This document shows, one piece after another, positions 1 to 10,729 of a DNA stretch of 53,375 nt (position 1 is its first letter; the number at the start of each line of letters is the position of its first letter). Origin of the DNA: Octopus bimaculoides (taxonomy: Eukaryota); assembly GCF_001194135.2 (NCBI RefSeq), contig NC_068982.1:74904951-74958325 (forward strand). Direction: 5' to 3'. The notes beneath the pieces were generated by a model. It was given only the letters and a program-made list of their open reading frames with translations, did no database searches and was not told the DNA's origin. The position numbers and the translations under genes were made by a program.

Positions 1-336
1 AGAGAACCCGTAAAACCCAAGAGAGACTTTGCTGTTGATACTTCTTGTGTAGCATCAATTTCAGTGGGGAGGTGTTATATGGACTGTTAGATATGTAATT
101 CGTCTGACGTTTCGTGTGTCATGTGGTTCGTCTGAGTTCATTGTTTCATTGTTGTTGTCTTGTGGGACTGTCGTAGTAAAATGTCATTGATACATATATG
201 GCGGACATGACTTTTGTTTATTCATAACGAACATTGGGTGAGTGCGTTCTTTGTATGTAATTGAACAATAAATGTAATAATTAAATTGTATAACTCGTTG
301 TGTTATCTCTACGAGTCACCCGAGGGAAACATAACA
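1..336 (+). mobile_element. 3' end of a Gypsy-like LTR retrotransposon: pol C-terminal tail (3-38), polypurine tract (63-72), 3' LTR (73-336)
   Basis: PPT AGTGGGGAGG directly precedes TGTTAT (73), and the LTR ends in the inverted ATAACA (336). AATAAA at 267-272. Frame 3-38 reads RTRKTQERLCC*, resembling the R-x-x-R-x-R-K-P-x-R-L tail of Gypsy integrases. Confidence 0.8.
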
Positions 337-551
337 CTAATAATTACAAACGTGACACAAAATCAGTGTGTGTATCTATTATTGGCATAATGAACCTCCC
401 CAGATACAACAAAATCTGTTTCAACACATGATTTCACATCAAAAATCTTGCAAACTAAATACAAAAACAAAATGAAAACGTCCTTTGAAATAAAGATGTA
501 AAACATTTTCTACAATATTAATGAAGAAATTAATTTTTCATCATTATCTAC

Positions 552-663
552 CTCTGACTGTGCTGATGCAGTATCTTCTTGATTTTCTGTGTCGTCTACT
601 TCCCCTTCAGGTGCATAGAATGCAAGATATATCCATAGGTGGCCACGTACTCTTGATCGGGAA
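552..663 (-). CDS. NEDD4: NEDD4-family E3 ligase exon, end of C2 domain and acidic linker: (S)SRSRVRGHLWIYLAFYAPEGEVDDTENQEDTASAQSE
   Basis: CCACAG acceptor, GAG|GTAGAT donor, 112 nt; completes the split Ser codon AG|T. Similar to NEDD4L HKSRVKGFLRLKMAY. Confidence 0.93.
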
Positions 664-1005
664 CTGTGGAGCACAAAAGTAATGCAATAAATTATACATT
701 AACATATACATGCATCCCACTCTCAACTACTAACCCATGCACCCCATTTAGTCAGGAAGACTTTTTTTCCTTTTCCTTCTTTCTCCGATTCTCTTCTTGT
801 CTTACAAGTTGCTTGGCAACTTCACTAACACCAATTGCATGAGAAAGTACTCAGTACAATCTGTAAAGTAGTTGGCAATAGAAAGAACACCCAGGCATAT
901 AAATCTTGCCAAAGTTGACATTGGAGCTTAATGAAGCCCTGTGGCTTGCAGAATCCTGTCAAAGCATCCAACTCAAGCCAGCATGGAAACAATGTTAAAG
1001 GATGA

Positions 1006-1037
<32 letters not shown>

Positions 1038-1048
1038 TCATATATTAT

Positions 1049-1440
1049 TTTATTCTTTTACTTGTTTCAGTCATTTGACAGTGGCCATGTTGGAGCACCA
1101 CCTTTAGTTGAACAAATCGCCCCCAGGACTTATTCTTTGTAAGGGTAGTACTAATTCTATTGGTTTGTTTTGCCAAATCACTAAGTTACATGAACATAAA
1201 CACACAATCATTGGTTGTCAAGCAATGGTAGGGGGACAAATACAGTCACACAAAATATATACACACACATACATATATATACATACAACAGGCTTCATTC
1301 AGTTTCTGTCTACCAAGTTCATTCACAAGGCTTTGGTCAGCCCAAGGCTAAAGCAGAAGACACTTGCCCAAGGTGCCATGCAATGGGACTGAACCTGGAA
1401 TCATGGTTGAAAAACAAGCTTCTTACCATACAGTCACTCT
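1049..1440 (-). mobile_element. tRNA-derived SINE, family A
   Basis: Same head, microsatellite core and CAAGTAAAAGA-type tail as about nine other copies in the window. Confidence 0.85.
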
Positions 1441-1457
1441 GCACTTCTATATATAAA

Positions 1458-1765
1458 GGCACATGGCTCAGTAGTTAGAGCATCAAGCTCACAACCACGA
1501 GGTAGTGAGTTTGATTCCTGGACCAGGCAGTGTATTGTGTTCTTGAGCAACACACTTTATTTCATGTTGCTCCAGTTCAGTACACTCAGCTGTAGAAATG
1601 AGTTGTGATGTCCAGCCTTTGCCTTTTCCTTGGATAACATCAGCTGGTAAGCATGGGTGACTGCTGGCCTTCCATAAACAACCTTGTGCAGACTTGTGCT
1701 TCAGAGGGGAACTTTTTAAGTCCAATCCCATCATCATTCATAACCAAAAGGCCTTTACCCTTTTA
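1458..1765 (+). mobile_element. tRNA-derived SINE, family B
   Basis: A-box-like TGGCTCAGTAGTTAGAGC and B-box-like GTTTGATTCC; homologous to the copy at ~8985-9320. Confidence 0.8.
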
Positions 1766-1869
1766 TTCATATACACACATACACGTATATATATACACAC
1801 ACACTTATGTGTGCATTCATACCTTATATATATGTACACACCCACATGTACATAGATATACATGCACAT

Positions 1870-1883
<14 letters not shown>

Positions 1884-1928
<45 letters not shown>
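1884..1928. repeat. (TA)n microsatellite, representative of many (TA)n, (CA)n and (GT)n tracts (e.g. ~29132-29180, ~33765-33826, ~37511-37553, ~19361-19424)
   Basis: Direct reading. Confidence 0.95.
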
Positions 1929-1930
<2 letters not shown>

Positions 1931-2694
1931 CAAACATTGATTTATGTTGGACAAATGAGAGATATATATGTAGTACAAACAGCTGTCACTTGTGAGCAAA
2001 CCATGTTTCTGCCAATTATTTCAGGTGTTGATGTAGTCACAAGAAGCTATAGTGAATCTCTTGGCACTCATCTCTCTCTTGACCCAGAAAAGAACCCATC
2101 CAGCATGAGACAGCTGCAGAAAAAAAGGGCTGCATCAGCTGGTCCACATTATAGCTTTATAAACTAGAGCAACATGAATTAAAGTGCTTTACTCATGGAC
2201 ACAATGCACTGCCTGGTCCAAGAATTGAAACACAACCTTCTGGTCATGAAGCAAACACCCAAACGACAAGGCCACATGTCATCACACATTGCACATAAAC
2301 TATATGGTCCTCACATCAGTCTTAATGGTAAGTATTCCGGTTATTTCATCATGACCATTAGCACAGTCTATGGCTGTTAAGAAGCTCACTTTGCAACCAT
2401 ATGGTTTCAGGTTCAGTTTCAATTGTCTTCTCTTCTAGTCCTGAGGCCCTGTGAGTGAATTTGGTAAATGGAAACTTATTGCGCGCGCGCGCGCGCGTGT
2501 GTGTACTTATTTGGATCTCCCACCATTGCTTGACAACAAGTGTCGGCTTTGTTTATGACCCCATAACTTAGCAGTTCAGTGAAAAAAAGCCTGACAAAAT
2601 AAGAACAGGAGTCGATTACTTTGACTAAACTCTTCAAGGTGATGCTCCATCATGGCCAGAGTCTAATTACTGAAGCAAGTAAAAGATAAAAGAT

Positions 2695-3062
2695 GGAGTG
2701 GCTGTGTGGTAAGTAGCTTGCTTACCAACCACATTGTTTCGGGTTCATTCCCACTGCGTGGCACCTTGGACAAGTGTCTTCTACTATAGCCTCGGGCCGA
2801 CCAAAGCCTTGTGAGTGGATTTGGTAGACGGAAACTGAAAGAAGCCCGTCGTATATATGTTTATATATATGTATGTGTGTGTATATGTTTGTGTGTGTAT
2901 ATGTTTGTCCCCCCAACATCGCTTGACAACCGATGCTGGTGTGTTTATGCCCCCGTAACTTAGTGGTTTGGCAAAAGAGACTGATAGAATAAGTACTAGG
3001 CATCCAAAGAATAAGTCCTGGGGTCGATTTGCTCGACTGAAACAAGTAAAAGAGTAAAAGAG
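2695..3062 (+). mobile_element. SINE family A copy with an internal 3' deletion
   Basis: Near-identical to copies at ~6190, ~9845, ~22511 and ~50893, but lacks their AAGGCGGTGCTCCAGCATGG segment. Confidence 0.85.
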
Positions 3063-3404
3063 AGAGAGAGTATCAACTAGCTATTCATTGAGTTCTAGCA
3101 TAAGAGGTTGAGTATTCCATACCCATACCCACATCAGTTTGAAACTGTGTGACCAGTTTGACTATTTTAATTAAAACTACAGCCCAAGTGTTTTCATAAA
3201 CCGTCTACCATATTTCATTCACAAAGCAATCCAAGTCTATGGATACACTTTCCAAAGAAGCATTGCAACAGAACGTTCAAGTCTTCAGTTTGTCATGGTG
3301 CTCACAGAAAAGTAGAGACTTTTCTAGGTTTAATCACATTTAGTAACGCACAAACCACACTCAAAATAAGCACATTTGATTTGAACTGAAGCTGACAATA
3401 GTAT

Positions 3405-3825
3405 TATCATCCTCATTGTTTTAACATCCACTTTTCAATGCTTGCATGGGTTAGATGGAATTTGCTGATGTAGATTTTCCATTGCTTGGTTCCCTTCCTG
3501 TTGCCAAACCTCACCTATTTCCAAGCAGGTAATATTTCCTCATGGCCAAATAGTGTTTTTCAAGGATGGCTGGCAATAAACAAGATTGCTTGCATGATGG
3601 TGATACTTGCTTACAATGAAGACAAGGTTACAAACTCTCACACACACACACATACACATACACGACAGACTTCCACAAGGTTTCTATCTAACAAATCCAC
3701 TTGTGAAGACTTGGTCAGTTCAGTGCTACTGAAGACATTTGTCCAAGGTGCTGTGCAGTGGGTCTGAACCTGAAACCACGTGGTTAAGAAGTGAACATCT
3801 TAGCCACACAACCATCCATACCTGT
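3405..3825 (-). mobile_element. SINE family C (family-A-like tRNA head plus RTE-like CATGCAAGCATGGAAAAGTGGA...(TGA)n tail)
   Basis: Homologous to 31455-31865, 36085-36560, 40380-40800 and 47846-48260. Confidence 0.75.
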
Positions 3826-4037
3826 GCCAACTTTCCCATTCTGTTCAAAGGGCACATTTGCCTCATTTGTTTTCCCACTTTTATAAACTCAAACAACTTT
3901 AGAAAAATTCACTGATTTGAAAAGAGAGACAGACAGACAGACAGAGACATACGGCAAAAAAAAGAGAAAGAACATCAAAGTGTGAGAAAGAGCATGACTA
4001 ATTGACTGAGAGGTGGGACAAAAATAGAAAGTAGTAC

Positions 4038-4150
4038 CTGCGTGGCCGAAGGATGTAATCTTTTGTCGGAATACGTCGACCAGGGCGTTCTGTGAGAATA
4101 CTGGTGTGATTGAGTGGAATTTCCACCAGCCCAAGAAAATCATCTCTAGT
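4038..4150 (-). CDS. NEDD4: NEDD4-family exon, C2 domain: TRDDFLGLVEIPLNHTSILTERPGRRIPTKDYILRPR(S)
   Basis: TTTTCAG acceptor, CAG|GTACTA donor, 113 nt. Matches TRDDFLGQVDVPL...KDFLLRPRS of NEDD4L. Confidence 0.96.
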
Positions 4151-4344
4151 CTGAAAAGAAAGGATAAACAAAATATTTCATGTAAATCATAAATGCTATA
4201 GTTGTTTAAACGAAAACACTGGTCTTGTAATTTAAAAGAAAATACTATATTTTGATAACTACAAGATTATATGTCAATCAAACACTTACGACGGGTTTGC
4301 AAAACCTATCTTTATCCAGTATAATCTAATATCCTTATAAGGGC

Positions 4345-4572
4345 ATCATGCTGTAAAAACCATGCCAAAATTGACCTTGCCTGTGCTGGTGCCATGTAAA
4401 AAGCACTAACTCCACTATGCAGGGTGGTTGGTGTTAGGAAGGGCATACCTGTAAAAACTACGCCAAAACAGATATAGAAGACTGGTGCAGTCTTCGGCCT
4501 AGCCAGTTCCTGTCAAACTGTCCAACCCATGCCAGCATGGAAGGCAGACGTTAAACAATGGTAATGATGATG
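4345..4572 (+). mobile_element. 5'-truncated RTE 3' tail
   Basis: GTTAGGAAGGGCAT...CCAACCCATGCCAGCATGGAAG...GACGTTAAAC(ATG)n, shared with the RTE copy at 27490-28225. Confidence 0.75.
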
Positions 4573-4604
<32 letters not shown>

Positions 4605-5069
4605 CCACCATATCCAACACAGAATTATATGCCCAATTATTTCACATACTATTTAACTGGACATAATCTAGATCATGTTATATAGTACACCCAACAAAAA
4701 CAAAACTACAACTCAACCCCATACATCTAATGTGTGAACATGTGATGTAACTCGTATATAAGACTACAAACTACAAATTAACTGCTTGATTTATTAGACA
4801 AAAAGAATAAGCAAGTTTTCAAAAAATAATTATCTTAAAATTTAATTTCAAAAGACTATTTAAGCTGTTTTCTGCTTAAAGATGGTATACAACTACTTAA
4901 TTAGTAAACAATTTGAATATTTCAGGTAAAATTGATTGAGAATTTTGTCAAGATACACCAAGATCCTGTGATTGGGAGTGCAACACTAAACACTAGGCCA
5001 TACACTTTCATTAAACAGAGACAGTCTAAGGCTAAATAAGTCAAGTACTTTGTCCAATCTTCTATTTCT

Positions 5070-5308
5070 TATTTCTTTACTACCCACAAGGGGCTACACA
5101 CAGAGGGGACAAACAAGGACAGACAAACGGATTAAGTCGATTATATCGATTATATCGACCCAGTGAGTAACTGGTACTTATTTAATCGACCCCGAAAGGA
5201 TGAAAGGCAAAGTCGACCACGGCGGAATTTGAACTCAGAACGTAGCGGCAGACGAAATACTGCTAAGCATTTCGCCCGGCGTGCTAATGATTCTGCCAGC
5301 TCGCTGCC
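5070..5308 (-). mobile_element. Young tRNA-derived SINE (family D) with intact target-site duplication
   Basis: AATCTTCTATTTCT is duplicated at 5056-5069 and 5309-5322. B-box-like GAGTTCAAATTCC; CpGs largely retained. Confidence 0.88.
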
Positions 5309-5365
5309 AATCTTCTATTTCTGTAAACACACAACCCTTTAATGATATTAAAAAAATACACATAC

Positions 5366-5419
5366 CAATCTGTTTTCATCAAATACTTCAAAGAGCAGGC
5401 AGTTATCACGAGGATTTAC
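5366..5419 (-). CDS. NEDD4: NEDD4-family exon, C2 domain: VNPRDNCLLFEVFDENRL
   Basis: TTTTTGTAG acceptor, TTG|GTATG donor, 54 nt, phase 0-0. Matches VNPSNHRLLFEVFDENRL of NEDD4L. Confidence 0.96.
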
Positions 5420-6189
5420 CTACAAAAAGGAAAGAAACAAACATTAATTACAATAAGTTAATGAAAAAGCTTTATCAATTGTCAATTTTACATGCTGGGA
5501 TTGCTTGAACAGAGATTTTATTTAGAAAGGAAATTTTCTGAAACCCTTCTCTACACCAATCTCCTTTGAGAAAGAAATAAAGTCCAGGTAGGCTCATTTG
5601 GCTATCAACACTAGAATGTTATCTTCCCAAATGCAAATGCTCTTCTCCACTGTATCTGTTTTATTTTAGGATAGTCACTATTTGAGATAACTTGTCGAGC
5701 AACCTTTGTGCCCGCCATGAGGTAACAATAAAGGGGGAGAAAAATAAAAAACCAAAAAAACTTTTCACTACACATCATCATTTAAAGTTCACTTTTTCAT
5801 GCTCACTTGGGTCTGATAAAATCCACTGAAGCAAATTTTTTATGACCAGATGCCCTACCTGCCATCAATCCTGTTTCCAGGTAAGGTAATATTTTCCATG
5901 CCCAGATATTTTTACGAAAGATTAGAAGCAAAGGACACCACTTGTGGATGTGTGTGTGTGTGTGTGTGCGCACACACACACACACACACGCCCTTGTCTT
6001 CACAATAAAAATGAGCATTATACAAGCGATGTTGTTTCCAGTCCAGACAAGGAGTAAGGTTATATGACATTACCTGAAATCAGATGAGGGTTGGCAATAA
6101 GAAAGGTTCTAGTAGTAGAAAATCTGCCTCAACAAATTATATCTGACCCATGCAAGCGTGGAAAAGTAGATGTTAAATTATGATGATGA

Positions 6190-6575
6190 TGGTTGTGTGC
6201 TAAGTCGCTTGCTACCAACCACATGGTTCCGGGTTCATTCCCACTGTGTGGCATCTTGGGCAAGTGTCTTCTCCTATAGCCTTGGGCCGACCAAAGCCTT
6301 GTGAGTGGATTTGGTAGATGGAAACTGAAAGAAGCCTGTCGTATATATGTATATATATGTGTATATGTTTGTGTGTCTGTGTTTGTCCCCAACATCGCTT
6401 GACAACCAATGCTGGTGTGTTTATGTCCCCGTAACTTAGCGGTTCGGCAAAAGAGACCGATAGAATAAGTACTAGGCTTCCAAAGAATAAGTCCTGAGGT
6501 CGATTTGCTTGACTAAAGGCGGTGCTCCAGCATGGCCGCAGTCAAATGACTGAAACAAGTAAAAGAGTAAAGAGT
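6190..6575 (+). mobile_element. SINE family A copy
   Basis: Near-identical to the other family A copies. Confidence 0.88.
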
Positions 6576-6917
6576 ATATTCCAGGACAAACTGCCAGTCA
6601 TTAACAAACTAGCAGTATTTGTAGTAGGTGAGCACACTATGTTTATAGACATAAACAAAATAACAGATCTTGCAGCACCGGTTTTGAGACTCAATGTTAT
6701 ACTTTGACAAAGCTGAGCTTTCAAATTCTAGGTATAGTCCACTTGATAAGCTTCCACAGTTGCTGTCTAGCCCTTTTAACAGACAACATAAGATTTGACC
6801 TGAGACTAGGGATGAAGACTGCTCCAAAGTGTAGTACAGATGGATTTAACCCAAGATCTCACAAATGTAAAACAGATTTTTTAAACATTTGGCCACACCA
6901 CAGAGTATTTTTAGTTC

Positions 6918-7367
6918 TGTAGTGACGCCTGGTTCTAGACGCCATTTTGGAACATTCATCCACGCATGCGCATAAGATTAGAGCCTTCCGGAGATTTGGC
7001 AAGAAGGCCCTTATGCGCATGCGCAATCATCAGCAGCAGCTAGGCTTCACCGCCATTCACCCTTTTTGGCCCTGGCTGTTGACCAGGCAGGACGCAACTG
7101 AGACCAGCTCCGTGGAGCTGGAATTCTGATGGTGAGGGATGTTGCGAGTCTGTGAAAATGCATTCGTATTTCTGTGTCTAACTATCAACCTTGCTGCTTC
7201 CACACCAAGGCATCCCAGCTACCGATGTCCAGAGATGAGATATTTATTCATATGAAATAAATCATCATTGTTATTTGTTCAGAGAGATTTTGCCCTCACT
7301 TTTTCCTTCCATGAACTATGCATGGACTTGTGAAGCACCCAGTAAGTGCAAATCACATTTTCCTACA
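6918..7367 (+). mobile_element. Solo LTR (450 bp) with 4-bp TSD
   Basis: TGTAG...CTACA termini; GTTC duplicated at 6914-6917 and 7368-7371; AATAAA near 7256; GC/CpG-richer than the flanks. Confidence 0.8.
6940..7025. promoter_or_regulatory. YY1-, NRF1/Ewg- and ETS-type motif cluster inside the solo LTR
   Basis: CGCCATTTT at 6940-6948, CGCATGCGCA at 6963-6972, CTTCCGG at ~6985-6991, perfect TGCGCATGCGCA at 7014-7025. Confidence 0.55.
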
Positions 7368-8084
7368 GTTCTTTTACATTTTGGATCAAGTTGAATCAAT
7401 GATCAGTTCTTAGCAATCATTTAACTTCTTCATTGAAGCTGCTGCTGTTTAGGGCCAGATGTAAATATAATTTCAATCCCATACTTGCCCCACCTTAAAA
7501 ATCCAAGGCCTTTGTGCTTATAATATGAAATGAGATTTATAGATTAAATTTTAAATGCAACTATCTTATTCTTAAACAGATTTACAAATATTAAAAATAG
7601 AAATTTATTCATGGATATATAAGTGAGTAAAAATCTGGTAAAGATAGAATATAATGCTTTAAAAAATCAACATTGTCATATTTAACTAAATTCAGGTATT
7701 GATGAGGATTTTCCATTCTTATTAACAAACACCAAGCACAATATATTTGATGAGATGATGATAATCATCCTCCTCATCATAAGCAGCAGCATTAACATTC
7801 ATTTTCCCATATAGGTATGACTTCAATAGCCTCTTCAGTATGGCATGCTGCCATCTCAATTCTGTATCATTTTACTGACAAGACTCAACATTCAAAACTA
7901 TTATCTCACCCAGTCTCTCTGAATATTTCTCCAGTAACCTCTGTCGCACACATTTCTGTTGCCAGTAGAGTACTCTTACACTAAGTAGATGTTATTCATT
8001 TGAACACTACATCCATATCAACACACTTACTTCTCCTGCACACATCTGCTCATGCCCTTTAACAACCAGCAACTTGTATAATCA

Positions 8085-8480
8085 TCATCATCATCATTTA
8101 ATGTCCACTCCATGTTCCATGATGACATGAGTTGGATGTTTTGAGAAGGTCCATTGAGCCGTTGGACTGAGTTGGACTCCAGTGTCAGCTTCGGCATGGT
8201 TCCTACAGCTGGATGTCCTTCCTAAGGCCCAACCACCTTACAGAGTGTACAGGGTGCTTTTTTTCTTCTTTGTAAACACAAGCTCTAGTAAATTGCAAAA
8301 CAGAAAAAGAATGGAAAAGGTAAAAAGCTCCCATGACTAAATAAGGAAAGGAGAGTATTAGGAAGTGGGTGGTGATTTCATAAAGGAACAAGCCCGGGTA
8401 TCTTGCTACACAGGAGATATATGGCTATTTGACATTATATAAGAGTGGGTGGGAATAACTGGAAAGAAGATAATGATGGT
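8085..8480 (-). mobile_element. RTE-tailed repeat (short non-autonomous element or truncated LINE)
   Basis: CATCATCAT-TTAATGTCC tail; related copies at ~12600-13030, ~16420-16780, ~30850-31200 and ~48830-49410. Confidence 0.6.
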
Positions 8481-8884
8481 AGTGTAAGTTGATTATAATA
8501 TTATTGATTTCAAATTTTGGCACAAGGTCAGCAATTTAGGAGGAGGGTGTAAGACAATTACATTGAGCCCAGTACTCAACTCATACTTATTTTATCAACC
8601 CAAAAAAGATAAAAGTTGAAGTCAACCTTGGTGGAATTTGAACTCAGAAGGTGAAGATAGATGAAATGTCGTTAAGTATATTACCTGGCAGCTAATGATT
8701 CCACTAGCTTATTGCCTCAAAATTGACTATGATATTATTACAACTCAACTATACACACTCAGTAAATGCAGTATGGTTGAATGATTAACAACTTCACTTC
8801 ACAATCACAAGTTCCCAGTTTCAATTCCACTGCAAGACATCTTTATGTAAGTTTTTTTTTTTTCTATAATTTCAGTTAAAACCA

Positions 8885-9510
8885 TACCTTGTAAAGGTAA
8901 AGTTACCTTCTCAAGTCATACTCATTCATAAGGGCTGGTTTCCTAGTTTCATGGTGTATATATTCCCCATGGTGTATATATATGTGAAGACGCATGGCCC
9001 AGTGGTTAGAGCGTCGAGCTTACAATCGTGAGGTTGTGAGTTCGAATCCCAGACCAGGCTGCGTGTTGTGTTCTTGAGCAAGACACTTTATTTCACGTTG
9101 CTCCAGTTCACTCAGCTGTAGAAATGAGTTGCGACGTCACATGTGCCAAGCCATATCGGCCTTTGCCTTTCCCTTGGATAACACTGGTGGCGTGGAGAGG
9201 GGAGGCTGGTATGCATGGGCGACTGCTGGTCTTCCATAAGCAACCTTGCCCGAACTTGTGCCTGGGAGGGTAACTTTCTAGGTGCAATCCCATGGTCAGT
9301 CATGACCGAAGGGGGTCTCAACATATTCCCCACCTGGACGGGACACCAGTCCGTTGCAGGATTATTCATTCTTGCCAGCTGAGTAGACTGGAGCAACATG
9401 AAATGAAGTGTTTCGCTCAAGAACACCACACGCTGCCCAATCCAGGAATCAAAACCACAATCTTACGATCATAAGTCTGACACCCTAACTACTCAGCCAC
9501 ACGCCTCCAC
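8885..9510. mobile_element. Nested SINEs: plus-strand family B copy (~8985-9320) inserted into a minus-strand tRNA-SINE
   Basis: ATATTCCCCA occurs on both sides of the inner copy; the outer tRNA head is at ~9440-9510 on the minus strand. Confidence 0.7.
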
Positions 9511-9844
9511 TAAACCATACCTTGTGAGTAAAATTGGACAGATGGAGACTGTGTAGAAGCCTGTTAGAATATATTGTACCTGTAATTCGAAGGTCTGTCC
9601 AATTTTGTCACACCAAACCATGCTGATTCCACCTCAGAATTATATTAAGGAGACATGTCTGTGGAATACTCAGCCACTTAGATAATCCAACAGCCTAGTA
9701 ATTTAGTTGATTGGACAACCGGACACTCATGGTGACCAACATCAATTATTACTATGCACATTATTATACACATCCATTATTATAAATATTATTATTATTT
9801 TTATTATTAGACAATAAGAAGAGTGCAATGTTATTTGTAATACT

Positions 9845-10237
9845 TTTTTACTTGTTTCAGTCATTTGACTGTGGCCATGCTAGAGCACCGCCTTTTAGTC
9901 GAGCAAATCGACCCCAGGACTTATTCTTTGGAAGCCTAGTACTTATTCTATCGATCTCTTTTTGCCGAACCGCTAAGTTACAGGGGGCGTAAACACACCA
10001 GCATCGGTTGTCAAGCGATGTTGGGGGGACAAACACAGACACAAACATATACACACACATACATACATATATACGATGGGCTTCTTTCAGTTTCCGTCTA
10101 CCAAATCCACTCACAAGGCTTTGGTCAGCCCGAGGCTATACTAGAAGACACTTGCCCAAGGTGCCACACAGTGGGAATGAACCCAGAACCATGTGGTTCG
10201 TAAGCAAGCTACTTACCACACAGCCACTCCTGCGCCT
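9845..10237 (-). mobile_element. SINE family A copy (full length)
   Basis: Reverse complement of the family A sequence seen at ~6190 and ~22511. Confidence 0.88.
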
Positions 10238-10729
10238 GTAATAGATCATTTATTTAACAGTTTGAACAATATTTCAACAGATCGTCTGTTTTCTTCAAGT
10301 TCAAAATGTAAAATGAAAATAACCAGCAGAAACAAGGAAATTGAAATTAAGAGGAAATCCTGCATTGCTATTTTGATACAAGTTTGTAACTAGTAAACGG
10401 AAAAAGAAGAAAAAAAGAAGAGAAAAGAAAAGGAAAAAGGACATTTAGTCAAACAGTTTTATGTAAATGTGATGAAATTCACCTGTCAATCTACAAATAT
10501 ATTTGTTCTCATACATTTTGAGGAGTGAAGGTGTAGTACATTCAAAATATTTTCTGAGAATGTGCATTTACAGGTGTTCCTCAAAATTTGAAGACAGACA
10601 ATCTGTGGAAATATCATTCAAACCATTAAACAATCTATTATAAATTGCTTCACACTCTTCTTATTGTCAGTTTACCTTCGTGAAGAGTTATGTCTATCTT
10701 TATAAATTTTATTGTTATTACTATTATTT

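Noticed and set aside
1458-1530. tRNA-like A/B boxes
   Set aside because: These are SINE heads continuous with SINE bodies, with no complete cloverleaf; not called as tRNA genes.
6129-6409. Recurrent ORFs such as ...SFSFRLPNPLTRLWSARGYSRRHLPKV... (also ~2722, ~10008, ~22510, ~51069)
   Set aside because: They are translations of non-coding family A SINE copies.
6609-6827. 72-aa minus-strand ORF just downstream of the solo LTR
   Set aside because: No recognisable homology and no convincing splice donor; not supported as an exon.
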